64,000 bases of DNA from NCBI GenBank assembly GCA_964517315.1, contig CAZFCJ010000003.1:4487-68486 (forward strand). The letters are read 5' to 3'. The position numbers were made by a program, and so were the translations under genes. This DNA is from an uncultured Anaerolineaceae bacterium (GTDB lineage Bacteria > Chloroflexota > Anaerolineae > Anaerolineales > E44-bin32). Below are positions 1 through 9,676 of this stretch, one piece after another (the first letter of the stretch is position 1; each line of letters starts with the position of its first letter). The notes under the pieces were generated by a model. It was not told the DNA's origin, ran no database searches, and saw only the letters and a program-made list of their open reading frames with translations.

Positions 1-1218
1 GGCAGGACCGTTCCTTTCTATCAAGAGAAGTTCGCTAAGGCTGACGCCTCGGCCGACGATATCGACTCGCTCGACGACCTCGCTCGGCTGCCGTTCACGA
101 CCAAGGACGATCTGAGGGACCAATACCCTTTCGGTATGTTCGCAGTTCCACTGGAGGAGGTGAAACGCATCCATGCCTCATCGGGCACCACTGGAAAGCC
201 GACCGTGGGAGGCTACACGGAAGCCGATCTGGACCTATGGGCCGAGCTGATGGCCCGCACTCTGCGGGCCTGCGGTGTGACGGCGGACGACCGCATCCAC
301 AACTCCTACGGCTACGGCCTGTTCACCGGAGGGCTCGGCGTGCACATCGGAGCCGAAGAGATGGGCTGCCTGGTCATCCCGATGTCGGGCGGGTTCACGG
401 AACGGCAGATTATGCTGCTGCAGGATTTCGGCGGCACGGTGATCACGTGCACGCCCTCGTACGCCCTGGTCCTTGCCGAAGAAGCGGCCAAAATGGGCGT
501 CGATCTGGCGGAGGCGGCTCAACTCAAGGTGGGTATCTTTGGCGCCGAGCCGTGGAGCGAAGCCATGCGCCCGACGATCGAGGAGAAGCTTGGCCTCGAG
601 GCCTACGACATCTACGGCTTAACGGAGATGATCGGTCCCGGCGTATCCATCGAATGTGAACATCACGACGGATTGCACATCTTCGAGGACCACTTCCTGG
701 CGGAGATCATCGACCCCGCGACGGGCGAACGGCTCCCTCCGGGTGAGACCGGGGAGCTGGTGTTCACGACGCTCACCAAAGAGGCGATGCCGCTGATTCG
801 CTACCGCACCCGGGACCGGACTTCGTTGAACGTGGCGAAGTGCGACTGCGGACGGACGATCGCCCGCATGGCCAAGGTCCTCGGGCGGACCGACGACATG
901 CTGGTCGTGCGCGGCGTGAATGTGTTCCCCCAACTCGTCGAACGGGTGCTGCTGGATTTTGACGAGCTCGCCCCGCACTATCAGGTCGTGGTCGATCGAC
1001 CCAAACATCAGCTCGATACGCTCGAGGTATGGGTCGAGGCCTCGCCGGGCTGGTTCGAATCCGCCGGAAGTGATCGCCTTGACGATCTGACGGGGCGTGT
1101 GGAGGGGTCGCTGCGAGAGAAGATCGGCGTCTCTACCAGGGTCAAGATCGTCGATCCCAAAGATCTAGAGCGCTCGCTGGGGAAGGCCAAACGGGTCGTG
1201 GACAAGCGCGAGCTATAG
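1..1218 (+). CDS. paaK: phenylacetate-CoA ligase family adenylating enzyme (PaaK-like), 5'-truncated by window edge
   Basis: Frame 1 is open from base 1 ([11 protein letters not shown]...[16 protein letters not shown]) into listed ORF 136..1218. Contains AMP-binding motif SSGTTGKPT. Overall PaaK/F390-synthetase-like sequence. Confidence 0.85.
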   Translation, partial: GRTVPFYQEKFAKADASADDIDSLDDLARLPFTTKDDLRDQYPFGMFAVPLEEVKRIHASSGTTGKPTVGGYTEADLDLWAELMARTLRACGVTADDRIHNSYGYGLFTGGLGVHIGAEEMGCLVIPMSGGFTERQIMLLQDFGGTVITCTPSYALVLAEEAAKMGVDLAEAAQLKVGIFGAEPWSEAMRPTIEEKLGLEAYDIYGLTEMIGPGVSIECEHHDGLHIFEDHFLAEIIDPATGERLPPGETGELVFTTLTKEAMPLIRYRTRDRTSLNVAKCDCGRTIARMAKVLGRTDDMLVVRGVNVFPQLVERVLLDFDELAPHYQVVVDRPKHQLDTLEVWVEASPGWFESAGSDRLDDLTGRVEGSLREKIGVSTRVKIVDPKDLERSLGKAKRVVDKREL

Positions 1219-1275
1219 GCTGTATTCTCGGCGAGGGACAGACCAAAGGAAATCGAGTGAGAGGCTGGATGTCCA

Positions 1276-2175
1276 ATGGATACTGAACGACTGCGAGGCT
1301 CGATCGTGCCGCTCGTCACGCCGTTCCGCGACGGCAGTCTCGACGAGCGGGGCCTGGCGGACTTGATCGAGTGGCAGATCGCCAGCGGCAGCCACGGGCT
1401 GTCGGTGACCGGCACGACCGGGGAGCCCAGCGCGCTCACGATGGAGGAGCGCAGACGGGTGATCGAGGTGGCGGTCGAGGCCATCGACGGCAGAGTGCCG
1501 CTCGTGGCCGGCACCGGCTCGAACAACACTGACGAAACGCTCGAGCTGTCCAGGTTCGCCGCCCGCGCCGGGTCCGACGCTTTGCTGGTCGTCGTGCCCT
1601 ATTACAATCGTCCCAGCCAACAGGGCCTTTTCGAACATTTCAAGGCCGTCGCCGACGCGGTGGACCTCCCTGTGATCCTGTACAACATCCCCGGTAGGGC
1701 GGCGGTGAACCTGGAGATCGACACGGTGGCGCGCTTGCGAGACGCGTGTGACAACATCGTCGGCATCAAGGAGGCCAACTACGAATTCGCCCACATCAAC
1801 CGGTTGATGGGCCGCTTGGGCCGGGATTTCCACGTCTACTCCGGGATTGAGCTGCTCTGCTACCCGATTCTGGCCTTGGGTGGTGCCGGCTACGTCTCGA
1901 CAACGGGAAATGTGCTCCCGGGTGAGGTGGCCGGGCTTTACGACTTGACGGCCGAAGGGAAATGGGAGGCGGCGCGGCGGCAGCACTTCCACCTTATGGA
2001 GCTGAACGACGCCATGTTCATTGAGATCAACCCGGTCCCGGCCAAGACCGCGCTGGGAATCATGGGCCGCATATCGGCGGAGGTTCGGCCTCCGCTCGCG
2101 CCGCTGGCCCCGGAAAATGAGGCGCGCTTGCGGGAGGTGCTGGCGCGCTATGGAGTGCTGGAGCCGCAGGCGTGA
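1276..2175 (+). CDS. DapA/dihydrodipicolinate synthase-family class I aldolase/lyase
   Basis: 299 aa. Motifs GTTGE, YNIPGR and the Schiff-base Lys context IVGIKEA. Sits in an aromatic-degradation operon, so it is probably a pathway aldolase rather than lysine-biosynthetic DapA. Confidence 0.8.
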   Translation: MDTERLRGSIVPLVTPFRDGSLDERGLADLIEWQIASGSHGLSVTGTTGEPSALTMEERRRVIEVAVEAIDGRVPLVAGTGSNNTDETLELSRFAARAGSDALLVVVPYYNRPSQQGLFEHFKAVADAVDLPVILYNIPGRAAVNLEIDTVARLRDACDNIVGIKEANYEFAHINRLMGRLGRDFHVYSGIELLCYPILALGGAGYVSTTGNVLPGEVAGLYDLTAEGKWEAARRQHFHLMELNDAMFIEINPVPAKTALGIMGRISAEVRPPLAPLAPENEARLREVLARYGVLEPQA

Positions 2176-3047
2176 CGCCGCAGACGCGGCGGCTGTCGGT
2201 CGAAGGGCGGGAGCTGTGCTACCGGGACTGGCCCGGGGAGAAGGGCCCCCTCCTGTGCCTGCACAGCCTCACCGGCCACAAGGGGGGGTTCGATAGCCTG
2301 GCCAGCAGGCTTTCGCCGGAATATCGACTTTTGGCCCCGGACTTTCGGGGCCGTGGGGACAGTTCGAAGCCCCCTCTGCCATACGGATTCGCGTACCACG
2401 CGCGCGACATTATCGGCTTGACCCAATCGATCGGGGTCCAGGACTTCATCCTGATCGGGCACTCATTCGGCGCCACGACGGGCGTGTACTTGGCCTCCGT
2501 CCGCCCCGATCTCGTGCGCGCTGCCGTTCTGCTGGACGGAGGCGCGGATCCGCATGAAGGCACCACGCGCAGCTTCCAGTCGACCATCGATCGGCTGGAC
2601 AGGACTTATGAGACCTTTGGGGACTACCTCATGGCCGTGAAATCCTCCGGTCTGTACACCCCGTGGACGGACAGCGTTGTGCATTACCTGCGGGCCGGCG
2701 TGAACACCTTGGCCGACGGCAGGGTGCGGCCTAAGGCCGACCGGGAGGCGATCAGCGAGGACCTGCGCGCTCACTTCGACTACTCGATGTGCCTGCACTT
2801 TCCCAACCTGCGTTGTCCGGTGCTGTTCGTCCGTCCGACCGAAGGGCTGCTGGGCGAGAAGGGCCACGTGTACACGCCCGCCGAGGCCGAGAATATCGCC
2901 GCCGAAATCCCGGATTGCCGCAGGCTGGACGTGCAGGGTGTCAACCACTACACGCTGCTCATTCATGACGATCCACCCGTGCTCGGCCCCATCCTGGAGT
3001 TCCTGGAGAAGGTCGAGCGCAAGGACGGCGAGAGGAGGGCGCTGTGA
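2172..3047 (+). CDS. alpha/beta-fold hydrolase
   Basis: 291 aa with nucleophile elbow GHSFG. GTGA start/stop overlap with the upstream gene. Confidence 0.75.
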   Translation: MTPQTRRLSVEGRELCYRDWPGEKGPLLCLHSLTGHKGGFDSLASRLSPEYRLLAPDFRGRGDSSKPPLPYGFAYHARDIIGLTQSIGVQDFILIGHSFGATTGVYLASVRPDLVRAAVLLDGGADPHEGTTRSFQSTIDRLDRTYETFGDYLMAVKSSGLYTPWTDSVVHYLRAGVNTLADGRVRPKADREAISEDLRAHFDYSMCLHFPNLRCPVLFVRPTEGLLGEKGHVYTPAEAENIAAEIPDCRRLDVQGVNHYTLLIHDDPPVLGPILEFLEKVERKDGERRAL

Positions 3048-3796
3048 AGCTGGCGCGTTTTGCGGTGGACGGCCGTGTCCGTGAAGGTCGCTTGACCGGA
3101 GAGGGGATGCTCCTCGCCAGCGACGGTTCGGATTACGCGGTTTCGGAGGTCGTCTGGCTGCCGCCCGCCGTCCCGACGAAGGTGATCGGACTGGCGCTGA
3201 ACTACGCCGAGCACGCGGATGAGCTCGAGATGGAGTCCCCCGAGGAACCGGCACTGTTCTTCAAACCGATCACCTCTCTGGTCGGCCACCAGGCCCCCGT
3301 CGTTTATCCTCAAGGTGTGGAGTACATGCATTACGAAGTGGAACTGGCGGTTGTGATTGGCCAGCGCTGCCGGCACGTTCCGGCGGAGAAGGCCGAGGCG
3401 GTGATCGCCGGATATACGATCGCCAACGACGTGACGGTGCGGGACTTCGTCCGTGATTTTTTCCGGCCCCCGATCCGCGCCAAGGGCTACGATACCTTCG
3501 GGCCGGTGGGTCCGTTCCTTGTCACCCCGGACGAGGTCGAAGACGTCAATGCGCTGGAGCTGCGGGCGTTTTTGGACGGCGAGCTGAAACAGCAGGGGAA
3601 CACAGCGCAGATGCTGCTTTCGATCCCCGAGCAGATCGAGTTCATCTCCATGATCATGACGCTGGAGCCGGGAGATATGATTTGGACCGGGACGCCGCGC
3701 GGGATCAGCCATGTGCATCCTGGAAGCGTTATGCGTCTGGAGATCGATGGAGTGGGGGCACTCGAAAATCCGGTCGTCGCGGAAGGCGAGCGCTGA
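3044..3796 (+). CDS. fumarylacetoacetate hydrolase (FAH) family protein, HpaG-like isomerase/decarboxylase/hydratase
   Basis: 250 aa with the typical FAH N-terminus MKLARF and FAH-domain-like sequence. GTGA overlap with the upstream gene. Lies next to hpaE. Confidence 0.8.
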   Translation: MKLARFAVDGRVREGRLTGEGMLLASDGSDYAVSEVVWLPPAVPTKVIGLALNYAEHADELEMESPEEPALFFKPITSLVGHQAPVVYPQGVEYMHYEVELAVVIGQRCRHVPAEKAEAVIAGYTIANDVTVRDFVRDFFRPPIRAKGYDTFGPVGPFLVTPDEVEDVNALELRAFLDGELKQQGNTAQMLLSIPEQIEFISMIMTLEPGDMIWTGTPRGISHVHPGSVMRLEIDGVGALENPVVAEGER

Positions 3797-3904
3797 GGAA
3801 GGGGTCCATCCGCCGCGCGAGCGATCTTGTTCCATGGGAACTGAAATCGGCGCGCAGATATGAAGAGTCTCTAGGAGGTTGGGAGGGTACACAGGTAAGA
3901 GACC

Positions 3905-5380
3905 ATGATCAAACACTTTATCGACAATGAGTTTGTGGAGGCGGCACAGGGGGAGACCTTCGAGACGCTGAACCCGGCCACGAATGAACCGATCACCGAG
4001 GTGGCCTACGGCACCGAGCAGGACGTGAGGGCGGCGGTGCGCGCCGCCCGGCGGGCCTTCGATGAGGGCCCCTGGCCGCGCATGTCGGCGGAGGAGCGAG
4101 CGGGGTACCTGGACAAGATCGGTCAACTGATCGAGAAGTACGCCGACGATATCGCCGACACCGAGATTGAGGACACGGGCGTTCCGGTGAGCCAAATTAA
4201 GAAGGGGACCATCCCGCGCGCCGCGCGCAACTTCTACTTCTTTGCCGAGGAAGCGACCAAGATCATCGGCGAATCGTTTCCAAAAGACGGCGAGTTCACG
4301 AACTATACGGTGCGCCGGCCGGTCGGCGTGGCCGGGCTCATCACCCCCTGGAACGTGCCGTTCATGCTCGAGACATGGAAGGTGGCGCCCTGCCTCGCTG
4401 CGGGCTGCACGTGCCTCCTCAAGCCGGCTGAATGGGCGCCGCTGACGGCGAATTGGCTGGCCCGCGTCATCCAGGAGGCGGACCTACCGCCCGGCGTGTT
4501 CAACGTCGTTCACGGTTACGGGGAGCCGGCGGGTGCACCCATCGTGCGCGATCCGGGGGTCCAGCTGATCTCGTTCACCGGTGAGACCACGACCGGGCAG
4601 GAGATCATGCGCAACGGCGCCGACACGTTAAAGCGCTTCTCGATGGAGATGGGTGGGAAATCGCCGACGATCGTGTTCTCCGACGCCGATCTGGATCGAG
4701 CGTTGGATGGGGCGATCTGGCAGGTCTATTCGCTCAACGGCGAGCGATGCACGGCCGGCTCGCGCCTGTTGGTTCAGAGGGACATATACGATGACTTCCT
4801 GACCAAGCTGGCGGGCCGCGTGGCCAACATCAAGGTTGGAGAGCCCCGGGATCCGAAGACGGAGATCGGGCCGCTTATCCATCCGGATCATTGGCAGCGG
4901 GTCAAAGGCTATCTGGACGGCGCGATCGAGGAAGGGGCCACCATCGCGGTCGGCGGCGAACGGCCGGAGGGGCTCGACCAGGGGAACTACCTGCAGCCGA
5001 CCCTGGTCACGGATGTAAAAAACGAGATGACAATCTCGCAGGAGGAGGTCTTCGGGCCGGTCCTGGTGGTCATGCCCTTCAGGGATGACCAGGAGGCGAT
5101 CGATATCGCCAACGACGTGAAGTACGGATTGGCGGGTTATGTGTGGACCGGGAGCATGAAACGAGGCCACAAAGTCGCGGAGGCGATTGAGTCCGGACTG
5201 GTGTGGGTGAACTCGCAAAACGTGCGCGACCTGCGTACGCCCTTCGGCGGCAGCAAGTCGAGCGGAATCGGCCGTGAAGGCGGCAAGTACAGCTTCGACT
5301 TCTATACTGAAGTCAAGACGGTTCATGTGGCTCTGGGAGAGCATCCAATTCCGAAATTAGGCGCGGGAGGAGGAAGTTAG
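3905..5380 (+). CDS. hpaE: 5-carboxymethyl-2-hydroxymuconate semialdehyde dehydrogenase (aldehyde dehydrogenase family)
   Basis: 491 aa. ALDH motifs EMGGKSP and catalytic-Cys context NGERCTAGSR. Operon context with hpaB, hpaC and hpaD. Confidence 0.8.
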   Translation: MIKHFIDNEFVEAAQGETFETLNPATNEPITEVAYGTEQDVRAAVRAARRAFDEGPWPRMSAEERAGYLDKIGQLIEKYADDIADTEIEDTGVPVSQIKKGTIPRAARNFYFFAEEATKIIGESFPKDGEFTNYTVRRPVGVAGLITPWNVPFMLETWKVAPCLAAGCTCLLKPAEWAPLTANWLARVIQEADLPPGVFNVVHGYGEPAGAPIVRDPGVQLISFTGETTTGQEIMRNGADTLKRFSMEMGGKSPTIVFSDADLDRALDGAIWQVYSLNGERCTAGSRLLVQRDIYDDFLTKLAGRVANIKVGEPRDPKTEIGPLIHPDHWQRVKGYLDGAIEEGATIAVGGERPEGLDQGNYLQPTLVTDVKNEMTISQEEVFGPVLVVMPFRDDQEAIDIANDVKYGLAGYVWTGSMKRGHKVAEAIESGLVWVNSQNVRDLRTPFGGSKSSGIGREGGKYSFDFYTEVKTVHVALGEHPIPKLGAGGGS

Positions 5381-5382
5381 CG

Positions 5383-6864
5383 ATGGGCGCGAGAAAAGGC
5401 CAAGATTACATCAACCGGCTCCAGGAGGAACCGCCGGAGATCTGGTACAAGGGCGAGAAGGTGGAGGACGTAACCGAGCACCCCGGCTTCCGCAATGGAG
5501 TGCGCAGCATCGCGGAGCTCTACGATGTCCAGTGGGAAGACCCCGATAAGATGCTCTTCGAATCGCCGACCTCGGGTGAGAAGGTCGGCCGTTCCTTCAT
5601 GATCCCGCGAACCCGCGAGGACCTTGAGAGCGTCGGGAGGATGATGAAGGCCTGGGGCAACCACCACCACGGCTTTTTGGGCCGGGCCCCAGACTATCTC
5701 AACCGGGCCATCACCGGATACGCGGGCGGAGCGGAGTTTCTGGAAGTTCAGGATCCGCGCTTCCCGGAGAACATGCGCCGCTACCATGAGTACATTCGTG
5801 AAAACGACCTGTGCCTTACCCACACCCTGATCACGCCGCAGGCGAATCGATCCAAGGAGACCCATGAGCAGGCAGATCCATATCTGGCGGCGAGGATCAA
5901 GGATGAGCGCGACGACGGCATCGTCATCCGGGGCGCCCGCATGCTCGCGACGCTGCCCATGGCGGACGAAATCATGGTCTTTCCGTCCACGGTGCTGAAG
6001 AGCACCGAGGAGGACGCACCTTACGCGTTCGGCCTGGCCGTACCGAGCAGCGCCCCGGGGCTGCGCTTTATCTGTCGCGAGAGCTTGGACTACGGTCGGT
6101 CTCACTATGACCATCCGCTCGGTTCGCGCTTTGAGGAGATGGACGCCGTGGTGGTGTTCGACGATGTCTTCGTGCCTTGGGAGCGGATCTTCCTTTATCA
6201 GGACGTGGAAGTGTGCAACCAGGCTTATCATCGCACCGGAGCGCTGGTGAATATGGCGCACCAGGTCGTGGTCAAGAACGTGGCCAAGACTGAGTACCTT
6301 ATGGGCCTTTCCGCGCTCATGGCTCGCACGATCGGCATCGAAGTGTTCCAGCACATCCAGGAGAAGATGGCCAAGATTTGGGTGACCCTGGAGGCGCTGA
6401 GGGCGTTCTGGCGCACCTCCGAGGTCGACGCGCAGCTGGACGAGTACGGCGTGATGCGGCCCGCTTGGGACCCGCTCGACGCGGCGCGCAATTTCTACCC
6501 TCACCTGTACGGCGAGCTGATCGAATACATCCGCCAGATGGGGGCCAGCGGTCTGGTGGCGGCGCCCACCAAAGCAGACGTAGAAGGCCCGCTGCAAGAG
6601 GACATCGAGAAGTACTATCAGGCCGCCCGGGCCGACGCTTATGAACGGATCCCGATCTTCCGCCTGGCTTGGGATACCTCCATGTCGGCCTTTGCCAACC
6701 GTCAGGAATTGTATGAACGGTACTTCTTCGGCGACCCGGTTCGAATGGCCGGGGCGCTGGTCAAGAACCACCACGATCAGATCGATGAGTACATGGAGCG
6801 AGTGCGGGATTTCTTGGAGCGGTCCAGAGAGGAAGCGGAACAAGCCGCGGCGGACGTGGCATGA
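5383..6864 (+). CDS. hpaB: 4-hydroxyphenylacetate 3-monooxygenase, oxygenase component
   Basis: 493 aa. Strong resemblance across its length to Thermus-type HpaB as I recall it (PPEIWYKGEKVEDVT, VFPST, ELYERYFFGDPVRM). Confidence 0.9.
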   Translation: MGARKGQDYINRLQEEPPEIWYKGEKVEDVTEHPGFRNGVRSIAELYDVQWEDPDKMLFESPTSGEKVGRSFMIPRTREDLESVGRMMKAWGNHHHGFLGRAPDYLNRAITGYAGGAEFLEVQDPRFPENMRRYHEYIRENDLCLTHTLITPQANRSKETHEQADPYLAARIKDERDDGIVIRGARMLATLPMADEIMVFPSTVLKSTEEDAPYAFGLAVPSSAPGLRFICRESLDYGRSHYDHPLGSRFEEMDAVVVFDDVFVPWERIFLYQDVEVCNQAYHRTGALVNMAHQVVVKNVAKTEYLMGLSALMARTIGIEVFQHIQEKMAKIWVTLEALRAFWRTSEVDAQLDEYGVMRPAWDPLDAARNFYPHLYGELIEYIRQMGASGLVAAPTKADVEGPLQEDIEKYYQAARADAYERIPIFRLAWDTSMSAFANRQELYERYFFGDPVRMAGALVKNHHDQIDEYMERVRDFLERSREEAEQAAADVA

Positions 6865-7427
6865 GCGGCACGATCACAGCCCGAGATTTCCGCAGCACGA
6901 TGGCGCTGTTTGCCACAGGGGTGACGGTTCTCAGCGTTCAGACCGAGGACGGCGTGCATGGAATGACCGCCAACGCGGTGACGTCGGTTTCTCTCGACCC
7001 GCTGCTTGTCTTGGTCTGCATCGACAAACGCTCGCGCATGGCCGAGGAGATCAAGCAGGCCGAGGGCTTCGGGCTTAACATCCTGCGCCAAGAGCAGAGA
7101 GCGCTCTCCGATTACTTCGCGGGCAGTTGGGAGGCCGAAACCCCTCCTGCGTTCCGCTTCGTGCCGGGCGAGGCCGGCCCGCGGCTGGAGGGTTGTCTGG
7201 CCTCCATCAATTGCGAGCTCGAGAAAACTTTCGAAGGCGGCGATCACTGGGTTGTGCTGGGGCGAGTGGTTGATCTTCACCGTGGCATCGAGCCGCTTCG
7301 ACCGCTGCTCTTCTACGGTGGACGGTACATGCAGATTCGCACCGAGGACCCCGAGCCGGCTCCCGACCTGGGCTGGGTCGACCGGCCGGTCCTCGTCTAC
7401 TATGATCCCTGGCGTTCGGACACCTGA
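6861..7427 (+). CDS. hpaC: flavin reductase (HpaC-like, FMN-binding split-barrel)
   Basis: 188 aa with flavin-reductase domain sequence (FATGVTVLS...GMTANAVTSVSLDPLLVLVCI). ATGA overlap with hpaB. Confidence 0.85.
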   Translation: MSGTITARDFRSTMALFATGVTVLSVQTEDGVHGMTANAVTSVSLDPLLVLVCIDKRSRMAEEIKQAEGFGLNILRQEQRALSDYFAGSWEAETPPAFRFVPGEAGPRLEGCLASINCELEKTFEGGDHWVVLGRVVDLHRGIEPLRPLLFYGGRYMQIRTEDPEPAPDLGWVDRPVLVYYDPWRSDT

Positions 7428-7523
7428 CTGCGCGCCCAGGACGGACCTCGGCGGGCCGCCACGTTGAACGCTGGCTTGCAATGGCGATAATACATCGGGA
7501 GTGCAGCGGAGGTCGGGAGTGCG

Positions 7524-8510
7524 ATGCAGTTCGACATTCTTAGATCTGGACACCTTGAGTTTCGCTCCACGGACCTCGATCAGGCGCGACATTTCTACGT
7601 CGAGGTCCTTGGCTTTGTGGAAATCGACCGCGACGAGGAGCGGCTGTACCTGGGGGGTCTGGAGGAGCGCGAGCACCATAGCCTGGTGCTTCGTCGGGCC
7701 GAAAGTCCTGGTGTCGGTCATATGGCGTTTCGGGTGGCGAGCGAGGAGGACCTCGAGGCGCTCGCTGACCTGTACCGGTCCCGCGATCTACCCACACGCT
7801 GGATCGAACCCGGAGAGGAGCTCGGTCAGGGGCGCGCGCTGCGCGTTCAGGACCGGACCGAGCTGCCGCTGGAGTTCTACCACAGCATGGAGAGACGCGA
7901 GAGCCTGCTGCAGGAATTCGAAAAACATCGCGGCGCCCACGTGATGCGGCTGGATCACTTCAACTGTCAGGTGCCGCTTGTGCAGGACGCGTATGATTGG
8001 TTCACCGACGAGCTGGGTTTCCACCCCACCGAGCTTACGGTCACCGACGACGAACCGCCCCACCTTTGGGCCGCGTGGCTGCGCCGCAAGCAGAACGTTC
8101 ATGATATCGCCGTAATGAACGGGATTGGCCCCCGCGTGCACCACGGCGGCTTCTGGGTCACCGATCAGATCTCGGTCCTGCGGGCTTGCGACGTCCTGGC
8201 CGCAACCGGGTACGCCGAGCACATCGAGCGCGGTCCGGGTCGTCATGGGCTGAGCAACGCTTTTTTTGTCTATCTGCGCGATCCGGATGGGAACCGCATC
8301 GAGCTCTACACGAGCGACTACATGATCACCGACCCCGATCATGAGCCCATCCAATGGAGCATCAACGACCCCCGTCGGGCGACGTTCTGGGGCCACAAGC
8401 CTCCCACGAGCTGGTTCGAGGAAGCTTCGCTCGTCGAGCATATCGAGAGCGGCGAGCTTCTGCCGACTTCGGAGCCCCCCATCCAGGATCGACCCGAGTT
8501 CGTGACTTGA
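7524..8510 (+). CDS. hpaD: 3,4-dihydroxyphenylacetate (homoprotocatechuate) 2,3-dioxygenase, type I extradiol/VOC family
   Basis: 328 aa two-module glyoxalase/extradiol dioxygenase-like sequence in the hpa cluster. Confidence 0.8.
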   Translation: MQFDILRSGHLEFRSTDLDQARHFYVEVLGFVEIDRDEERLYLGGLEEREHHSLVLRRAESPGVGHMAFRVASEEDLEALADLYRSRDLPTRWIEPGEELGQGRALRVQDRTELPLEFYHSMERRESLLQEFEKHRGAHVMRLDHFNCQVPLVQDAYDWFTDELGFHPTELTVTDDEPPHLWAAWLRRKQNVHDIAVMNGIGPRVHHGGFWVTDQISVLRACDVLAATGYAEHIERGPGRHGLSNAFFVYLRDPDGNRIELYTSDYMITDPDHEPIQWSINDPRRATFWGHKPPTSWFEEASLVEHIESGELLPTSEPPIQDRPEFVT

Positions 8511-8592
8511 CGGACTCCCCGCGGCCGCTCCGGCTTAAGCCCGAACCGCTCCCGGGACGCCGTTCTGGAGCAGGCCAGATCAAAGGAGGATC

Positions 8593-9081
8593 GTGGATGC
8601 ACCCTCAGTCCCGGAAGGATCTTGTATGACCCCATCGAGGAGTCAAGCTGCACAAGTCTCCAAGTCCGTGGCCGAGCATTTCACCGCCAACGATCGTTTC
8701 GCACGGCTGATCGGGATCGAGCTCGAGGAGGTGACCCCCGGGCGAAGCAGGGCGGCGATGACCCTGACGAACGATATGGTCAACGGCCTGGGTTATCCGC
8801 ACGGCGCGGCGATGTTCGCGCTGGCTGACGTAGCCTTCGCCGCGGCCGGGAACTCCCATGGGGAGGCCTCGGTGGCGCTCAGCATGGACGTGCATTATCT
8901 GCGGCCGCCGAAGATCGGCGGACGGCTGCAGGCGGTGGCGGAGGAGGTGCGCCGCGGCCGCACCACCGGCCTGTACCGCATTCGGGTCTCGCAGGAGGGT
9001 AAGGCCATCGCCGAACTGCACGGCATGGTCTATGTGAAGGGCGACCGATTCCTGGAGGGAGATGACACTGGGGAGCGCTGA
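8593..9081 (+). CDS. PaaI-type hotdog-fold acyl-CoA thioesterase
   Basis: 162 aa with PaaI/hotdog-like core (GYPHGAAMFALADVAFAAA). RBS AAGGAGG lies just upstream of GTG 8593, and ATG 8626 is an alternative start. Confidence 0.75.
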   Translation: MDAPSVPEGSCMTPSRSQAAQVSKSVAEHFTANDRFARLIGIELEEVTPGRSRAAMTLTNDMVNGLGYPHGAAMFALADVAFAAAGNSHGEASVALSMDVHYLRPPKIGGRLQAVAEEVRRGRTTGLYRIRVSQEGKAIAELHGMVYVKGDRFLEGDDTGER

Positions 9082-9234
9082 GACCTTTTCTACCTGCACC
9101 TCGGTAATGGTGGCCGGGAATGGGTGGTCGCCGGTCGAGGACGCCGCGGCAAAGAGACCCTAACATCGGGCTCCCACCACCGGCCGGTGGGCGTTTGATC
9201 GGCGCGCAGCGCTCCGCGCACTTCAATGTGCCCG

Positions 9235-9262
9235 GTAGGGGCACGACATGTCGTGCCCCTAC
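9235..9262. repeat. REP-like perfect 28-bp palindrome GTAGGGGCACGACATGTCGTGCCCCTAC
   Basis: Self-complementarity verified by eye. Intergenic. Confidence 0.85.
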
Positions 9263-9461
9263 GGAGGAGCGCTTGAGCGATCGGCCCACGGGTTCGCTGA
9301 GGATTGTCACCGGGAATGGACCTCGACCATCGGTTCGATTACCCGCGCGGAGGGCCAGAACACTGCCCAAGCTGGTTCAGGACCGGTCGCCGGAGCTGCA
9401 CAAACTTCCCCCAGAGCGACCTTCCCGGTCAGCCCAGGGCCTTTCAATCGCTTGGACGGGA

Positions 9462-9489
9462 ACAGGGGCGCATCGCGATGAGCCCCTAC
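9462..9489. repeat. REP-like imperfect palindrome ACAGGGGCGCATCGCGATGAGCCCCTAC
   Basis: Same GGGGC...GCCCCTAC arms. The core GCGCATCGCGATG is shared with 19169..19196. Confidence 0.75.
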
Positions 9490-9552
9490 GGTGGACCAAT
9501 CGACCTCGACCGATACTAGTTATCCTTTGGCCCGTCGGTTGCCTGAGACCGT

Positions 9553-9582
9553 GTAGGGGCGACCGGCCCGTCGCCGCTGGGG
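9553..9582. repeat. REP-like element GTAGGGGCGACCGGCCCGTCGCCGCTGGGG
   Basis: Shares the GTAGGGGCG head and has an internal GGCGAC/GTCGCC stem. Confidence 0.65.
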
Positions 9583-9676
9583 CGGTGCAACGTTCCTTCG
9601 TGACCGCATTTCGCCTCGGTGCAAATGGGTGCCGGGAGGTCGGATTGGCCGGAAAAAGTAGAAGAGGAGGTATTCA

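Noticed and set aside
2963-4195. 410-aa ORF antisense to the FAH gene and hpaE
   Set aside because: It is fully overlapped by well-supported plus-strand genes. It has an Arg/Pro/Gly/His-rich composition and no recognisable motifs. This is a typical high-GC shadow ORF.
5377-6843. 488-aa ORF antisense to hpaB
   Set aside because: Shadow ORF of a confidently identified gene, with no domain signature.
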